From positions 62,001-126,000 of the forward strand of contig NW_026852372.1 in the NCBI RefSeq assembly GCF_026571515.1: a stretch of 64,000 bases of DNA. The letters run 5' to 3'. This DNA comes from Ruditapes philippinarum. Taxonomy: Eukaryota. The notes under the pieces are model-generated. The model was not told where the DNA came from, did no database searches, and worked only from the letters and a program-made list of their open reading frames with translations. A program made the translations under genes and the position numbers. Shown here one piece after another: positions 1 to 13,388 of the stretch. The stretch's first letter is position 1. Every line of letters begins with the position of its first letter.

Positions 1-78
1 AATCTAATATTATAAAATAAAACAACAACAACACACAAAAATTTAACTGAAATTGGGAAGAGATGGTTTATTAGCTAC

Positions 79-201
79 CTGTCTGTATCTGAACCCCGGT
101 ATCGTCAGTTTGAACACGACTGTGTTTCCATGGTATCCGAACACAAGTTCCAGGAAACGATCTTTGGAAGTGTCACTTTCTTCACAATATTGGGCTAACA
201 T
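79..201 (-). CDS. Possible first coding exon of a gene continuing left of the window (MLAQYCEESDTSKDRFLELVFGYHGNTVVFKLTIPGFRYRQ)
   Basis: Locally GC-richer block, open for 41 codons from the ATG at 201 to a CAG|GTAGC donor after 79. Possible acceptor at 271-273. No family recognised. Confidence 0.35.
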
Positions 202-944
202 AAATGTGTATGATCTTAATTGTTGTAGTTTGTTTGTAAGTAATGTACCAATGAATCAGAAGTATATTACCTAAATATTATAACTATCTATTATGTAAAC
301 AAAATGTTATTGAATCTGAATACCACTTTTTGCAATGTTGCACTAAATATAATGATTTTTATTCTAAAAGAAGACATTACTTAGGAAATATCACACGGCG
401 AAACGTCAAAAGCAGGTTATGTCAACAAAAAGTAAAATTAAACTTTTCAAAAGAGCGAGATTTATAGGTGTAGATACAAATTATTTAGAATTTCTCAAAG
501 CTTCTTAAAATCAAATGCTTATCTCTCAAGTATAAAAGTGATTTTTATTAACTTGTATTTCTTTGTATATTTGTTTGATTGTATAAGTTTAAAAACGTAA
601 TATGTTAAATGTCTTTGCGATATACATGTAACGTAAATGGTAATGTTCATTGTCGATTTTCCAATAAACTTTAAACTTGATAAAGAATTGAAAGGAGTGC
701 ATCTTTAATTGACTTTTGATATCGCAGATAACTTTTTAATTAGCTATTTGTTATCACAAATAACCTAAATTGACTTTTTTGTAATCGCAAATTTCCCATG
801 TAACCTGTGTTATCAAGACATCTTTAATATTCATTTGAATTGTTTTATTATTATTGCCCTTGCTAACAGGGGACTTCACCTCCTCAACATTTAAAGGAGT
901 CATTTTCACTTTTTAAGATAAATTGAAAAATGAAAGCAACAAAA

Positions 945-1003
945 ACGAACGAACGAACGGACGAACGAACGGACAAACGAACTAACTAACTAACTTACTA
1001 ACT
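945..1003. repeat. Compound tetranucleotide microsatellite (ACGA)n(ACTA)n
   Basis: Directly visible. Confidence 0.85.
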
Positions 1004-2341
1004 AAAAGATTCTGGCTGTGCGACATTGAATAACTCGCAGTACCTTTAGAATTTAGACTTGTTTCAATATCGATAATTTAAATTGTCACGGCTCTCGACA
1101 CCGTTATATATTACAATATACACTTAAAGTTTCTTGAAATCATTGACATAAAAGTACATGTACGTATTGGTTATATATTGAGCCATAGTTAGGTAGGTAT
1201 AAATCAAGATCTGTGATTGGCCAAATTGAATACAGGAAGACAAAATAATTATATATGTCATATAAGTTTTGTCCGACAAAAATATGACTTCAGTCGTAAC
1301 TCTGTGACCCTTTCCGCCAATCTCCGTTTAAGGATTTATGGATATTCGATTATGTGTTCTGAATGGTAACATTTTAGCCTTTTTTCATTCGGCATTTTCC
1401 GAAACATTCCTTACGAAATCGTTATGTAATCCGAATCTTTACTCCATTCATTTTGGGAAAAAACAACAGCAACAAAACGACAGATTCAATGTGAAATAGC
1501 TGTTGCAGTTAAAATACATTTGTCCACCGTGTTTATTCTAAAAGTACATAAACACAATAAAGGAAGGAACAATTTATCAATCCCTGTTTTACATTGAAAG
1601 AATAAAACTTGTTTTGCTTTCAATTATAGAAGCATTCGATATATTTTTAACTTCATTATTTTACAAATTATAAACATAATTACCGTACTGCAATAAGGAG
1701 AGGAATATACAATTTTAAAAAGCGATAAAATCATTATGCCCGGTAACAACCTTGTCAAATATGCACAATGATCTGGACGACCCTCGGCTAATCTTTTAAT
1801 TAATATTATCGGTATATTCAAGGGCAAATATCTTGAAATTAACAAAACCGTTAATACTATGTTGCCAATTGACCTTGTACATGTGTTTCTTCTTAAAAAA
1901 AGTTTTTTTTATAAGCTGAAATAGATTAACTTTAGGAATGTATTTGGTAGCGCAGAAGGAATTCAGTCACCGACAGTCAATTGTCGACGCGTACACATAA
2001 CAATGGTGGCCATGAAGAAAAAAAGAAGAAAAAAAAATTTCTTACACATTAAGTCGATCATCACATGAACAATAAGTCGGTCAACATAAAATGATTTTTA
2101 TAATAACTCGAAGATGCAGTTGACCCCTACGTGAAGATTTATTTGGTAGACACATGAACATTTGATTGCAATGTTGACCTTGAGTTGGTCCCCACATATA
2201 CATTGAGTTTACTTAAGAATGGGGTAGATCGTCACAAGAGCATTTATTTGCATTGAAAATCGAGTTGATCACTTCACAATTATCGAGTTGAATTGAGTTG
2301 AGCGTCTAGAGTTCATTCCGAACACGACGGCATTGTTGAAA

Positions 2342-2475
2342 ATGATGATGATAACGGTGACGATGATAACGGTGACGATGATAACGATGACGATGATAAC
2401 GATGACGATGATAACGATGACGATGATAACGGTGACGATGATAACGGTAACGATGATAACGGTGACGATGATAAA
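2342..2475. repeat. 15-bp tandem repeat (GATGATAACG[G/A]TGAC)n
   Basis: About 9 units; explains the low-complexity ORFs at 2269-2581. Confidence 0.92.
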
Positions 2476-2953
2476 GGTTACAACAACGACAATGAATATA
2501 CTGATGGTGATTGATCGAATTGGTGATTCAAGTAATATTTCACAAGCGCACATTTTAAATAGGTCAATAATAGCTTTTTGATGATTTGAAAAAGACCTTT
2601 ATTTGAAAATTCACCACGCAGGTTGTATAGATGTTTGGATAGTAGCTTAGCAAAAATGTAAACATAGAACAATTAAGATATCGACTGTCAATAGTTAATA
2701 AGATGGGGCGATATAAATGTGCAAACATGGCATTCTTTTGTAAGTTTGAACTTTAAAAAATCAATACATTTCTCAAATTTTCAAATTTATGTTAACATTG
2801 GGTTAGTATAGTGAACTGATAAAAGACGGTTTGATGATCAAAATTTAATCCTCTTATGATAAACTTCGAGATCTAGAGATTAAAGATACATTTATAATAT
2901 TGATAATATTTTTATGTAACGTTCATTCTACAAGAAGAAGAAAAGACATAACA

Positions 2954-3088
2954 NNNNNNNNNNNNNNNNNNNNNNNNNNNNNNNNNNNNNNNNNNNNNNN
3001 NNNNNNNNNNNNNNNNNNNNNNNNNNNNNNNNNNNNNNNNNNNNNNNNNNNNNNNNNNNNNNNNNNNNNNNNNNNNNNNNNNNNNNNN
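2954..3088. other. Assembly gap (N run)
   Basis: Run of n. Confidence 1.
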
Positions 3089-3374
3089 GGGAGAAGATGG
3101 TAAAATAGTTCGAAGTTAGTACGAGTTAGGAGTATTTAGTTGTAGTCTTGGTATTTCACCTTCAAGTCGGTAGGTAAAGGACTATGACAATGAAAGGGGG
3201 CATTGTTAAAATGTTCGAGGTTGAAAAATGGATCTATCAATAGAATTAATTTATGTATCTTTTCAAAAAAAAATCTATATTCCTTTCAGATATTATGAAA
3301 CCTGCACACAAGCAAAATAATTGGGATGGTCTTGATGTTAGCGTTTTTCCGGGTTCGAACTTTTAAACTATTAT

Positions 3375-3980
3375 AAAATCAAAGCACAGAAGGCGCTGAA
3401 TTTGTTTGGGTGTCAGAAAGATGAAGGCCGTGAGATTATAAACCAATTTGTTTTTGTATAGTGCCACCAATGCTTTATAATAGAAAATTGGATATAAGAC
3501 TAATTGCAACACTGATATTCAATTTCATGTTGTTTTTTTACTTAAACAATTAAAAATATGAGTTGCCTTAAATTGGATTTAAACTCCAGACTTCTCGATT
3601 GCTAAGCGAGCATGCAAACCCATCGGCCACGGTGAAGTTATATGTTAACGGCCTGAAGAAAACCATATAATTCTAAATAAAGGTTTGTAACTCTTATTAT
3701 TTCGACGCTAAACCTGTTGTTTAAAACGGATGTAAATAATCATGGAGCTTACTATAAGCATGTATACTATCAAAAATAAAACAATATTAGAAATCTTCGA
3801 CCATTCGGGAACTTTTTTGCTTGAAAATTAATGCGCCTGTCATTTGACAATCTTATGCAGTGATCTCCCCTGAATTTTCCGCGTTAGTGTACATATAAAG
3901 GGAAGTAACCGCTTTCTGCATTTGCAATTAACAGCATCAGGGTCTGAAATTTCGATACCATTATTTGTTTGGTCTGACGA
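3375..3980 (+). repeat. Interspersed repeat (probable non-autonomous DNA element), copy 1
   Basis: Clear similarity to 41173-41603. This copy has ~190 extra bases (~3530-3715) that include a tRNA-like fragment on the minus strand. Confidence 0.8.
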
Positions 3981-4304
3981 CCCAAACAAATAAAAACTTT
4001 AGGAAATCAAGCTTTGCTATACTCCCCAATACTGCAAAAAGGAATATCATGTTTAAGTCAGGCTGTCTCCTAATAAAGAAACAACAAAAGTATCCCCCTT
4101 TAATGAGCACATTTGTGCCGCATAAGTCACATACCAAATATGTTTTCACGTGTATCATTCAATGTTGAAATGCACAGCAAATAGAAATGATACCCAGACC
4201 GATTTTGTCACAGTCACGCAAAAAGTGGATACAGGGAAATGAATTTGGCATATTTGCCATCAGTTTTGAAATCGAAACGCATATATGCAATAAGAATTTA
4301 AATT

Positions 4305-4522
4305 ATTGTGATGATTACAACGACCACGACGACGACGACGATGATGATGATGATTACCATGCTGCTGCTGATAGAATACGGATAAAAGTTACCATGATTT
4401 GAAGAAAAAATATGTTGTTTATATGTTGATAGTGATGCTGAGCAGAAGTACATTGATTGCGATGATGATGATAATAATAGTGATAATAATAGTGATAATA
4501 ATGGCAATAATGGCAATGATGA
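4305..4522. repeat. Trinucleotide microsatellite cluster (GAC/GAT/AAT)
   Basis: Directly visible; explains the poly-D and poly-I ORFs. Confidence 0.8.
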
Positions 4523-4621
4523 TCGTCACATTGCTCATTTTTAAATGACGATAATCATGTCGAATAATAAAATTGATTATTATTCTTCTTTCACGCGTCA
4601 AAATATACTGTTAGTTTTTTT

Positions 4622-4787
4622 NNNNNNNNNNNNNNNNNNNNNNNNNNNNNNNNNNNNNNNNNNNNNNNNNNNNNNNNNNNNNNNNNNNNNNNNNNNNNNN
4701 NNNNNNNNNNNNNNNNNNNNNNNNNNNNNNNNNNNNNNNNNNNNNNNNNNNNNNNNNNNNNNNNNNNNNNNNNNNNNNNNNNNNNNN
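4622..4787. other. Assembly gap (N run)
   Basis: Run of n. Confidence 1.
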
Positions 4788-4939
4788 ACAACACATTGTA
4801 CAGACATACTATATTCGATGCATCTTCAGTTGTAACCTTTATAGACTGGAATACCAAGTAAAGGGCAAAGGGAAATTTTCAACACGTTTACGCACTGCAC
4901 AATGGACGGGCCTCATTATTTCAAGTCCATTCCAAGGGA

Positions 4940-4981
4940 AACAACTACGAAAAACAATTCAGGTAAACAACGAAGGTAAGA
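4940..4981 (+). other. Candidate 3' end of a non-coding first exon of SUGCT (two tandem donor sites)
   Basis: CAG|GTAAAC at 4963 and AAG|GTAAGA at 4976. The ATG-containing exon has a good acceptor (ttcctag, ending 5641), which implies an upstream UTR exon. Confidence 0.35.
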
Positions 4982-5648
4982 CCTTTTAAATTTTACTTCT
5001 CCGTGTAAAATGTTATTTTTAATGCAATTCATGTGAATAGGACAGTATGCATGCTTGGTCAAAATAAGCTTCGGTAGCTTTCAAGTACGTAATTTTAATG
5101 TGCTTTTATTTATCTTTTGAAATAACGGTCTACGTTGCGCAGATATTCTAAATAATGACATTCAAGATAGATAAACCGCGGTTACTTACCTTAGACGCCG
5201 ATATTAACCAGTTTTGGTCATTTCACAATGCGACTGTTAGTCAGGTCTTTAAGTTATCTTTTCAAAAGTGCACGCACCTTTTTATTCCTTTAAATTGATT
5301 AAACTTATTACTCTTGGAAAGAATTCAGTCAATTAACAGACAAGACGCCAGACGCCTACTTATATTATACATTGTATATGCATTTTAGAAATTATCTAAA
5401 TGCCATAGTGAAAACTTCATTATTTTATTGATCATAGGTGATTTAGATTATCAACCTAAATTACTAGTATTTTACTTGTATATACAAATATGCATGACTG
5501 TAATATTGACCCGTATGTTATAAAAAAAATACATACCATTTCTAAATAAAAAAGTATACTGCAACTATTGAAAATCAAATGTTAATGAGAAGTATATGTA
5601 TAATTTATGTTTAACATGGTTTTTATCTTTTGTATTCCTAGTCACGTA

Positions 5649-8600
5649 ATGATGACGGCATGTTGGGCTTGTCTTTCAGTCAGGGGTCACTTACTGAATA
5701 AAGCAGGTGAACTCTTTCTTGTATAATTAAACCGGCTCATATATACTCTTTAATAATTATACAGATTTACATGTATTAGTTTTGAGCAAATTACTAAATA
5801 GGAATAGTGTAGTATTTTTGCATGTTTTGTTAATAAAAAAACCCCGAAAATGGGGGTAATCTTGTTATTGAAGACAATATAATATTAAAGACCTCATTAA
5901 ACTACAGTACTAAGTTCACCCTTTCCTGTTAAAGCAGCATGCATGTTTGCAGATTAATGACAATTTTTTAAATCTTATCTTTCTTGGTCATTGTCGTATA
6001 TTATACAGAATATACATTATACATCAGTTCAAGATGCAGACCAGAATATGGATATTTTGTTGGAAACTACATTATAGATCTTTTATTAGCTGTGTTATGT
6101 AGGTCCCCTATGTTGCTGATATTTAATTACCCAATTTGAGTACTTCGTGACCCGGTCGATTTCCATGTGATTTTTTCATGTACGTATTATCAGTGACTTT
6201 CCTTCTTTATGTATTATCTATTATTTTTTAGTACGCTGCACCGTGATAAGGAAATATCAGGCTAGGTACAAGAATAACGCCAGTGTCGAGCTACAGAAAG
6301 GTCCATTAAACGGCACGAGAATTCTCGACTTAAGCAGGTATTATATAATAATGAGCCGTGTCATGACAAAACCAACATAACGGGTTTGCGACCAGCATGG
6401 ATCCAGACCAGCCTGCGCATCCGCGCAGTCTGATCAGGATCCATGCTGTTCGCTTACAAACCCTGTTACAAGTAGAGAAACTGATAGCGAACCCATTATG
6501 TTGGTTTTGTCATGACACGGCTCAATTATCATAATATAAATTATTTCCCTTTAAATTTCAGCAAGATGTGATGTTACTTTTCATCCATGATATGCTCGTA
6601 TTAATCCGGAATCTCTTTATTAAGAACATTAAGGATGTCATGTAGGAAAGTGATGGCTGTTTACTGTTCACAGGCATCATCCCTTTACACGCAATGACTA
6701 TTTAAAAGTTCATCTTAATTGTTACAAAGAAAGATGGGGCGCTAATGGCTGGGTGGTTAAGGTCGTTGATTCCAAACTATTTTCTAGTTATACACCGCTG
6801 TGGGTTCAAGACCCGCTCCTCTTACGTCCTTTCATCTGAGAAAGCTAACCACTATCCATACAGCTAGCCTACGGTGCGTTGATGACTTTTCTGAAATAAT
6901 GCTCGTATTGAGTTGCACATGAGATCTTCCTCCGTCAGTAAAGCTGGGAAGTGACCATATGACCATTCCATTGTCGGAGAGACTAACTACCCAATAGCAA
7001 AACGACAGTACTTACATATTTCAGTAAATTTGGACTACAAAAACATGTCGATGTCTCTCGGCAGAGAGTAAACATACATTTGTGAACTGTCATCCAAATA
7101 ACATATAATGGGCAAACTATAATGGGTGACTTATTGACATTTGTTTATTATAGGTCTTCAATTATTTTATTCTTCACTGTTCGCTTTTCAGTATTTTGAA
7201 GGTTTCCATTGAAAGGGCGTGTCTATTTAAAATTTCGAGGGTGGTGAAGGTTAATAAAAATAGAAATACCTGACTGATGAATTCAGTATTTCTTTCATTC
7301 GAATGAGCAAAATTATTCCATATATTAAGGGCGTAGTTTGTATGACATCTCGTTTGTAATTTTTGAACCTCCTAAACCGGTAAAATAAGGTTTGAAATAC
7401 ATATTTGATAAACTTTGGTGTCATTTAGTATGGCAATTTTCGGTAAGAAACTTAATATCACTACATCAATTTGATTGATATGTTTTGCAGGGTGTTGGCA
7501 GGTCCATATTGTTCAATGATTTTGGGGGATCTTGGAGCCGATGTTATAAAAGTTGAAAATCCAGGTTAGTTGTCATCTATTTATACAAATATTTGTCTGC
7601 TATTAAGTGTAGGTAATGTTCAGATAAATAGGCCGTTGAGCCGCTCTGCGTTGTTCTGCGTTTAGATGGTAAGGAGCTGTATGGTAATTGGAATCTGTTA
7701 AATCTATTGAAATTCATTATATATTTGTTTCGTTTTAGTATGCAAGTGGTACAAAATAGTGAAACTTACAGTATACCAGATAAATATATATCTGAAAGGC
7801 AAAACAAACTGCCTTAACCTAATAATTATTATCAGTATCTTTTAGCTGATAAACCTTAAAATCCGAGCAGTTAAGGTCACTCAGATCAAAGCTCTTGCCC
7901 ATCAGATCGCGGTTCGAGCTTTGAAACTGCCCAAGATGGCCGATGAATAAAGAGCAGATATTTTGCCATGGTGTCTTAGGTACCTGGATATCTAATTAGC
8001 TCTTACCACGCTAAATATTTTAAATGAACTTGTCAATTTTTCAATCTAGGCAAAAAAATTATATATATATAGGGAAAATATGTACCGACCGAATATTATA
8101 GTGTAGATATACTGCAGTATAGGGCATGTTCAGAGATGGATTTTTGAAATAATCATTTTGGTTTATAGATGGCGGGGATGACACGAGGTTCTGGGGTCCA
8201 CCATTTTGTGGCTCCGAAAGTGCTTACTTCCTGTCCGTGAACAGAAACAAGCGGGTAAATACATGTATTTGGGAAAAAAGTTCTAGTAAAATTAAGTATT
8301 CATTTGGTAGTTATGATAGAGATTTAGCAGAGAATTTTAGGTGCGTCACATGATGGGCGTATAAATCGGCAACGTTCTCTTTTTGTAGGCTACTTTTTAC
8401 ATGTATAAATACATCTATATGTACATGGATCATCATAAGACTGCAAAAAAGATGTCTGAGAACGAAGTTAAACAGAAATTTATTTGATTTTTTATGTACA
8501 TAGTGTGTTATCAAATTCAAAATACGTCAATGTCAAATTAACAATTCCAGGACAATGAACTACACTGATCAACTGTAGACGACAATAAAAGATATTGATA

Positions 8601-11600
8601 TTGAAAGGAATGTCATTTGACATTTAGATTATTAAAGTTTGTCTTTTGACATTTAGAAAAGTAACGTCTATGTCATTTCACAATTAGATTTTTAACGTCT
8701 TTAAGAAATCCGGTCTATTCCTCATCTCGTGATATAAAATATGCATTATGGTACATGTAATTTTTATAACCAATTTATTTGACTCTTTTATATGGAAAGT
8801 CATGCCTGTCTTATATGTTTATGATTACAAATCTTCAGTATATGGTATCAAAGTAGCCATGTACGGAACCAGATGTCTTTATGTGAAACCGAATTATCAA
8901 TATATTACTTCATTTTATAAAATATGAACATATGAAACCAGTTGATAAATGTAAAAATTAGTTAATGTGTTGATAATTCGGATTCATATAAGGAAGATAT
9001 CTGGTTCCATATATGGCTACTTTGGTACCATATATTGAAGAATTGGTATCATATAATGAGAAAATCAACTTATGTTTTGCTTACTTGATTTCATACACTG
9101 ACGGCATGGTTTCATATATTCACTTTCATTTAATTAGGTGTTTTCAATTCATATAAAGTCGAAGTGCACTTATATATAATTCACATGGTTATATCAATTT
9201 AAATAAACAAAAACAATATAAAACAGCCATGGCTTTCCATATCTTAAATAGTCTTATTGTAATTATCTGACGTTTTAACTCTTTTTTTCTTGTAAGCTCC
9301 ACTGTTGGGAGAAAAAAAAAGATCTTTTGTCACTACCCTCTCGTGGGCGTTGACGTTGATTAACCTTTCCTCTAAGGTCCATTTTCTTAGATACCGGCAT
9401 AACTATTCGTATACACGTTTTGTTGTCATAAAATTGCACACTTTTTAAAGGGCAAATGGTTCCTATAACTATTTCTTTTTTCAAAATGCCGTTTTTTAAT
9501 TTAGAATTTTGTTTTGCTCTTGTTAATCTTATTTCGTTATGGTCCTTTTCTCAGATTTTATCAGTTATTCACTATAAACTCGGTATACATGTTTACTTTT
9601 AAATATGACACAACTACAGAAGGACACATAAATATCATTTTTGCAAAGTTATTGCCCTTTTTTGCAAAGGTCAATATCTCAAAGACTTTTGAAGTTTATC
9701 TCTTCAAACTTGGGATACTTATTCAATTTTTTAAAATTTGAATGCATTTGCTAAGGGACTAGACTGGTTACCATGTAATACAGTTTTGCTCAGTTATGCC
9801 CCCTTTTTTCACTTAGAAGTTTGGGTTTCCCTTTTATGAGGTAAGTCTGCATTTCTCATTAAATATCAAAGATTAATGCATGGAGTACTTGTTCACTGTA
9901 TAGCTAAGCGGCAGAAAATCCTGAATGCGATTTTTTGGATTATATTTTGATTTTAATTTAGAATAATTACCTTGTTCTCAAAAACCGTTTAAGGTATTTA
10001 CTTCAAACTTTTTTTGAAGAGTAAGCCTTCCAAACACTTCTGCAGGATTATGGCCCTTTTACTAGCGTGCTCTGCAGAATTATGGCCCTTTTACTTGCGT
10101 GCTCTGCAGAATTATGGCCCTTTTACTAGCGTGCTCTCTGTGGTGAAAGTCACGTAAGGTAAAAACACGTGGCTAGACTGATGCCATTGCAAGTTTTAGG
10201 CCCTTTCCGGCGATTTGCATCGAAAATGGGGTTGATCTTTTATTATGTGATGTGAATTAAACATAGCAACATAATTAAAAAAAAAATTAAAAAAAAATCA
10301 TTTCATCTATATTTTCAGAGTGTCTGTGTAAATATTCGTGAAAAAGAAGGCCAGGAGCTGATTAAACAGGTAGCGGTTAGGTGACGTCATTAATACTCAA
10401 TAATTCTAGTTTTTTGTTGACCATGCAGATATGTTTGAATTGTGTTAATCAAGGGATTGTATGTCTGTTGAAGTGTATTGACTGATCACATTGATCATAT
10501 TCTAGAGTAACTGTGGATATGCATAGTTATTGAACAGATGCGAACTTCTGAATTCTTTTTCGATATTGACCGACCGCTTATACTTCAATTACCGAATCAT
10601 TATATCATTGATCATTGCAGCTGCAAAATTAATTGGAACGTTATTTAAAACCGTTTTTACATCTGGTAGATAAATGAATATTGTATCTGAAAAGAAAAGA
10701 AAAAAACCCTACAATTAATGGTCTGATACTGTACTGTTTTCAGTCGTTCTCTAAAGTTTAGATACATACGATGACTCTGTCCGACCAGAAACACACAAGT
10801 TGTTGTTTTTTTCCAGTTAGCCAAGAAAAGCGACGTTCTCCTTGAAAATTATATTCCAGGAAAACTGTCTGAATTTAACCTTGGGTATGAACACATTGCC
10901 GAAATAGCTCCCCATCTTGTTTATTGCTCCATAACAGGTGAGATTCTTTCAATTTTTACCCTCATAGATTTGTGCTAATCTTGGAATAGCCCAACAGACA
11001 GCACGGATATTAAGACTGGTTTGCTCACTCAAAAAGGATTCAATAACATACAAATATTTATCAATTCTTGCATATTGAAACTTAGATGATTGAATCGTTT
11101 GATGATTGAGCCGTAGACGATTGAATCCGTAGATGATGGAATCCGTAGATGATTTGATCCGTAAAAACCGTTGATAATTGAATTGTTTGACGATTGAATC
11201 GTTATACATGTGTGTGATTAAATTCGATTATTGAATCCGTCGATAATCAACTACAGATTCATCCGTAGATGATTGAATCCGTAGATGCTTGATTCAACTT
11301 GCCTCTTAAAGTGTCCGAATACAAATGTGAAATTTTTTTTCTGACTTAATCTCGCTTAATTATCTAAATGTCTATATCAATTATATATTTTGAACTTTTT
11401 CTGGTTTTGAAATAGAGCATTCCGTCCATTGTCAAACGTATTGTTTATTGTCGTGTCAAGTCATTGTTTTTTTTCTATTTCGTATTATGTTTACCAACTT
11501 AAATAAGTAATGTACCAATGACGGACACATCATGTGCTCAAACCTTTGATTTATTGTTACCAGGGTATGGTCAGACTGGACCGGATGCCAAACGGGCTGG

Positions 11601-13357
11601 ATATGACGTCATCGTAGCAGCCACCGGGGGATTAACTCATATTACAGGACCCGAGGTGATATGGTTTTTGTTATTTTGATAACCATTTTTTTTGGAAGCA
11701 TAAATCTAATTATTGGATTAGTTGATGACTTGATCATATTTGGTTAAATTAAAGCCCATTGTTTTACCACATAATAATTATTATAACGCCATCACGTAAT
11801 GTATGGAGCGTTATTCTGGACTCATATTTTGTTTGGTAAATGTTTTACTGGTACCAAATAAATAGCTCTTTGCGACACCCTTTATTCAGATCGATAATGG
11901 AATGAAAACTGAAGATCGTGGACATAAATTTATCCTGTTGTATCGTTTCTTGTTTGTTAGCTACAATAACAAACTTGTGATTTTTCCCCCGGAAAATGTT
12001 CCGAATCCAGTTATTAGTGATTTCCTCCCGGTGAAGTGTTTAATATCCCATGTTTATACATGTATACATTGCTTAGGCCAGTCTTGAAAATATCTTTGTT
12101 TACGCTCTCGCGACCCATGCTAGTTTTGGTAGGGTAGGGATGCAGTAAAATATTTTTATTGTTAGCAGTATATATATTTTTAAAAAAGAAGATATTTGTA
12201 TTGTCAGTGTATATACAAAGATGATTAAAACCTCCAAATTTTGAAAGTTTTATACATTTAACATGTGTATATATACATGTACAATACCAATAAAGCATAC
12301 GAAAAGTAACGAATATAAAATGCGGTTCTCATTGACAAACTCTTTTTCCATGTTAAGAAAATAATTTCTTAATGATTTTTGTGGCAGGTAGCAATAGTTT
12401 TTATTAGGCCTAGCAATATTAACATGGTAAACAGAAAAAAACAAACAAAATACCGGAAAAACAACAACAACAAAAAAAGGAAAAAGTCTAGAACTAGAAA
12501 AAAATAACAATGTAACTTTATGTCTTTATCCGTCAAACTCCGAAAAAGGCCCCATGAAGCACACTGAAGATTTTTGTTTGTGAAATAATAAAAATACCCT
12601 AAGATGTAAACATTGTTTTAGGACTTTTGTATTTTGTTTGTTTGATTGATTTACCCATGCCATCGCAGGGAGCATAATTTGCTTAAATTTTATAAAATCC
12701 ACAGGGTGGCGAACCATGTAAAGTTGGCGTGGCTATGACAGACTTATCGACGGGTTTGTACGCATACGGGTCAATTTTGGCAGCGCTTTTACATCGGTCT
12801 AAAACAGGGCGTGGCCAGCATATTGATTGTAATTTATTGTCAACTCAGGTTTGTTCTATCATTTTTTTCAAGCTATACAACAAATAATGTTATTAAATGT
12901 TCGTCTTATATCAAAATTGAGGACCTCGTGACCAACTGATCAAGGTCGCTAAATTCAAATAAGTTCGAATTTCGATGGCATTTTTTATTATTTCAAGTGA
13001 AAAATTTATAGCGGCAGTTGATTGTTCTACCCTTACTGCCTTTTAGGATAACCTTGAACTCTTCAGAATAAAACTATTCAAATTCAGCATCACGTTTAAT
13101 TTGAGATAAATGTGACCTAAATACAAGTAACTTAGTTCAAAATAAACCACTTAGACACGTTGCACATATGCTATCAAACTAAATGTATCTTTTGAATAAA
13201 CCAGATTTGACAATTTCTACCCACACACCGCCTACCCTAAGCCAATCAAAACGGAAAATTAATACCACATGATAACAAAATGGACGGCACCACGCGGCAT
13301 GCCATCAGCCATTTTTAGCTCGACTTTTCTATGAAAAGGGGAGCTATCCTACTCGCC

Positions 13358-13388
<31 letters not shown>

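Noticed and set aside
2269-2581. Hydrophobic VIIVT or MITVT repeat ORFs resembling membrane or antifreeze proteins
   Set aside because: Translations of a 15-bp tandem repeat.
4545-4857. ORFs spanning N runs (also 2900-3103 and 50527-50814)
   Set aside because: Artefacts of assembly gaps translated as X.
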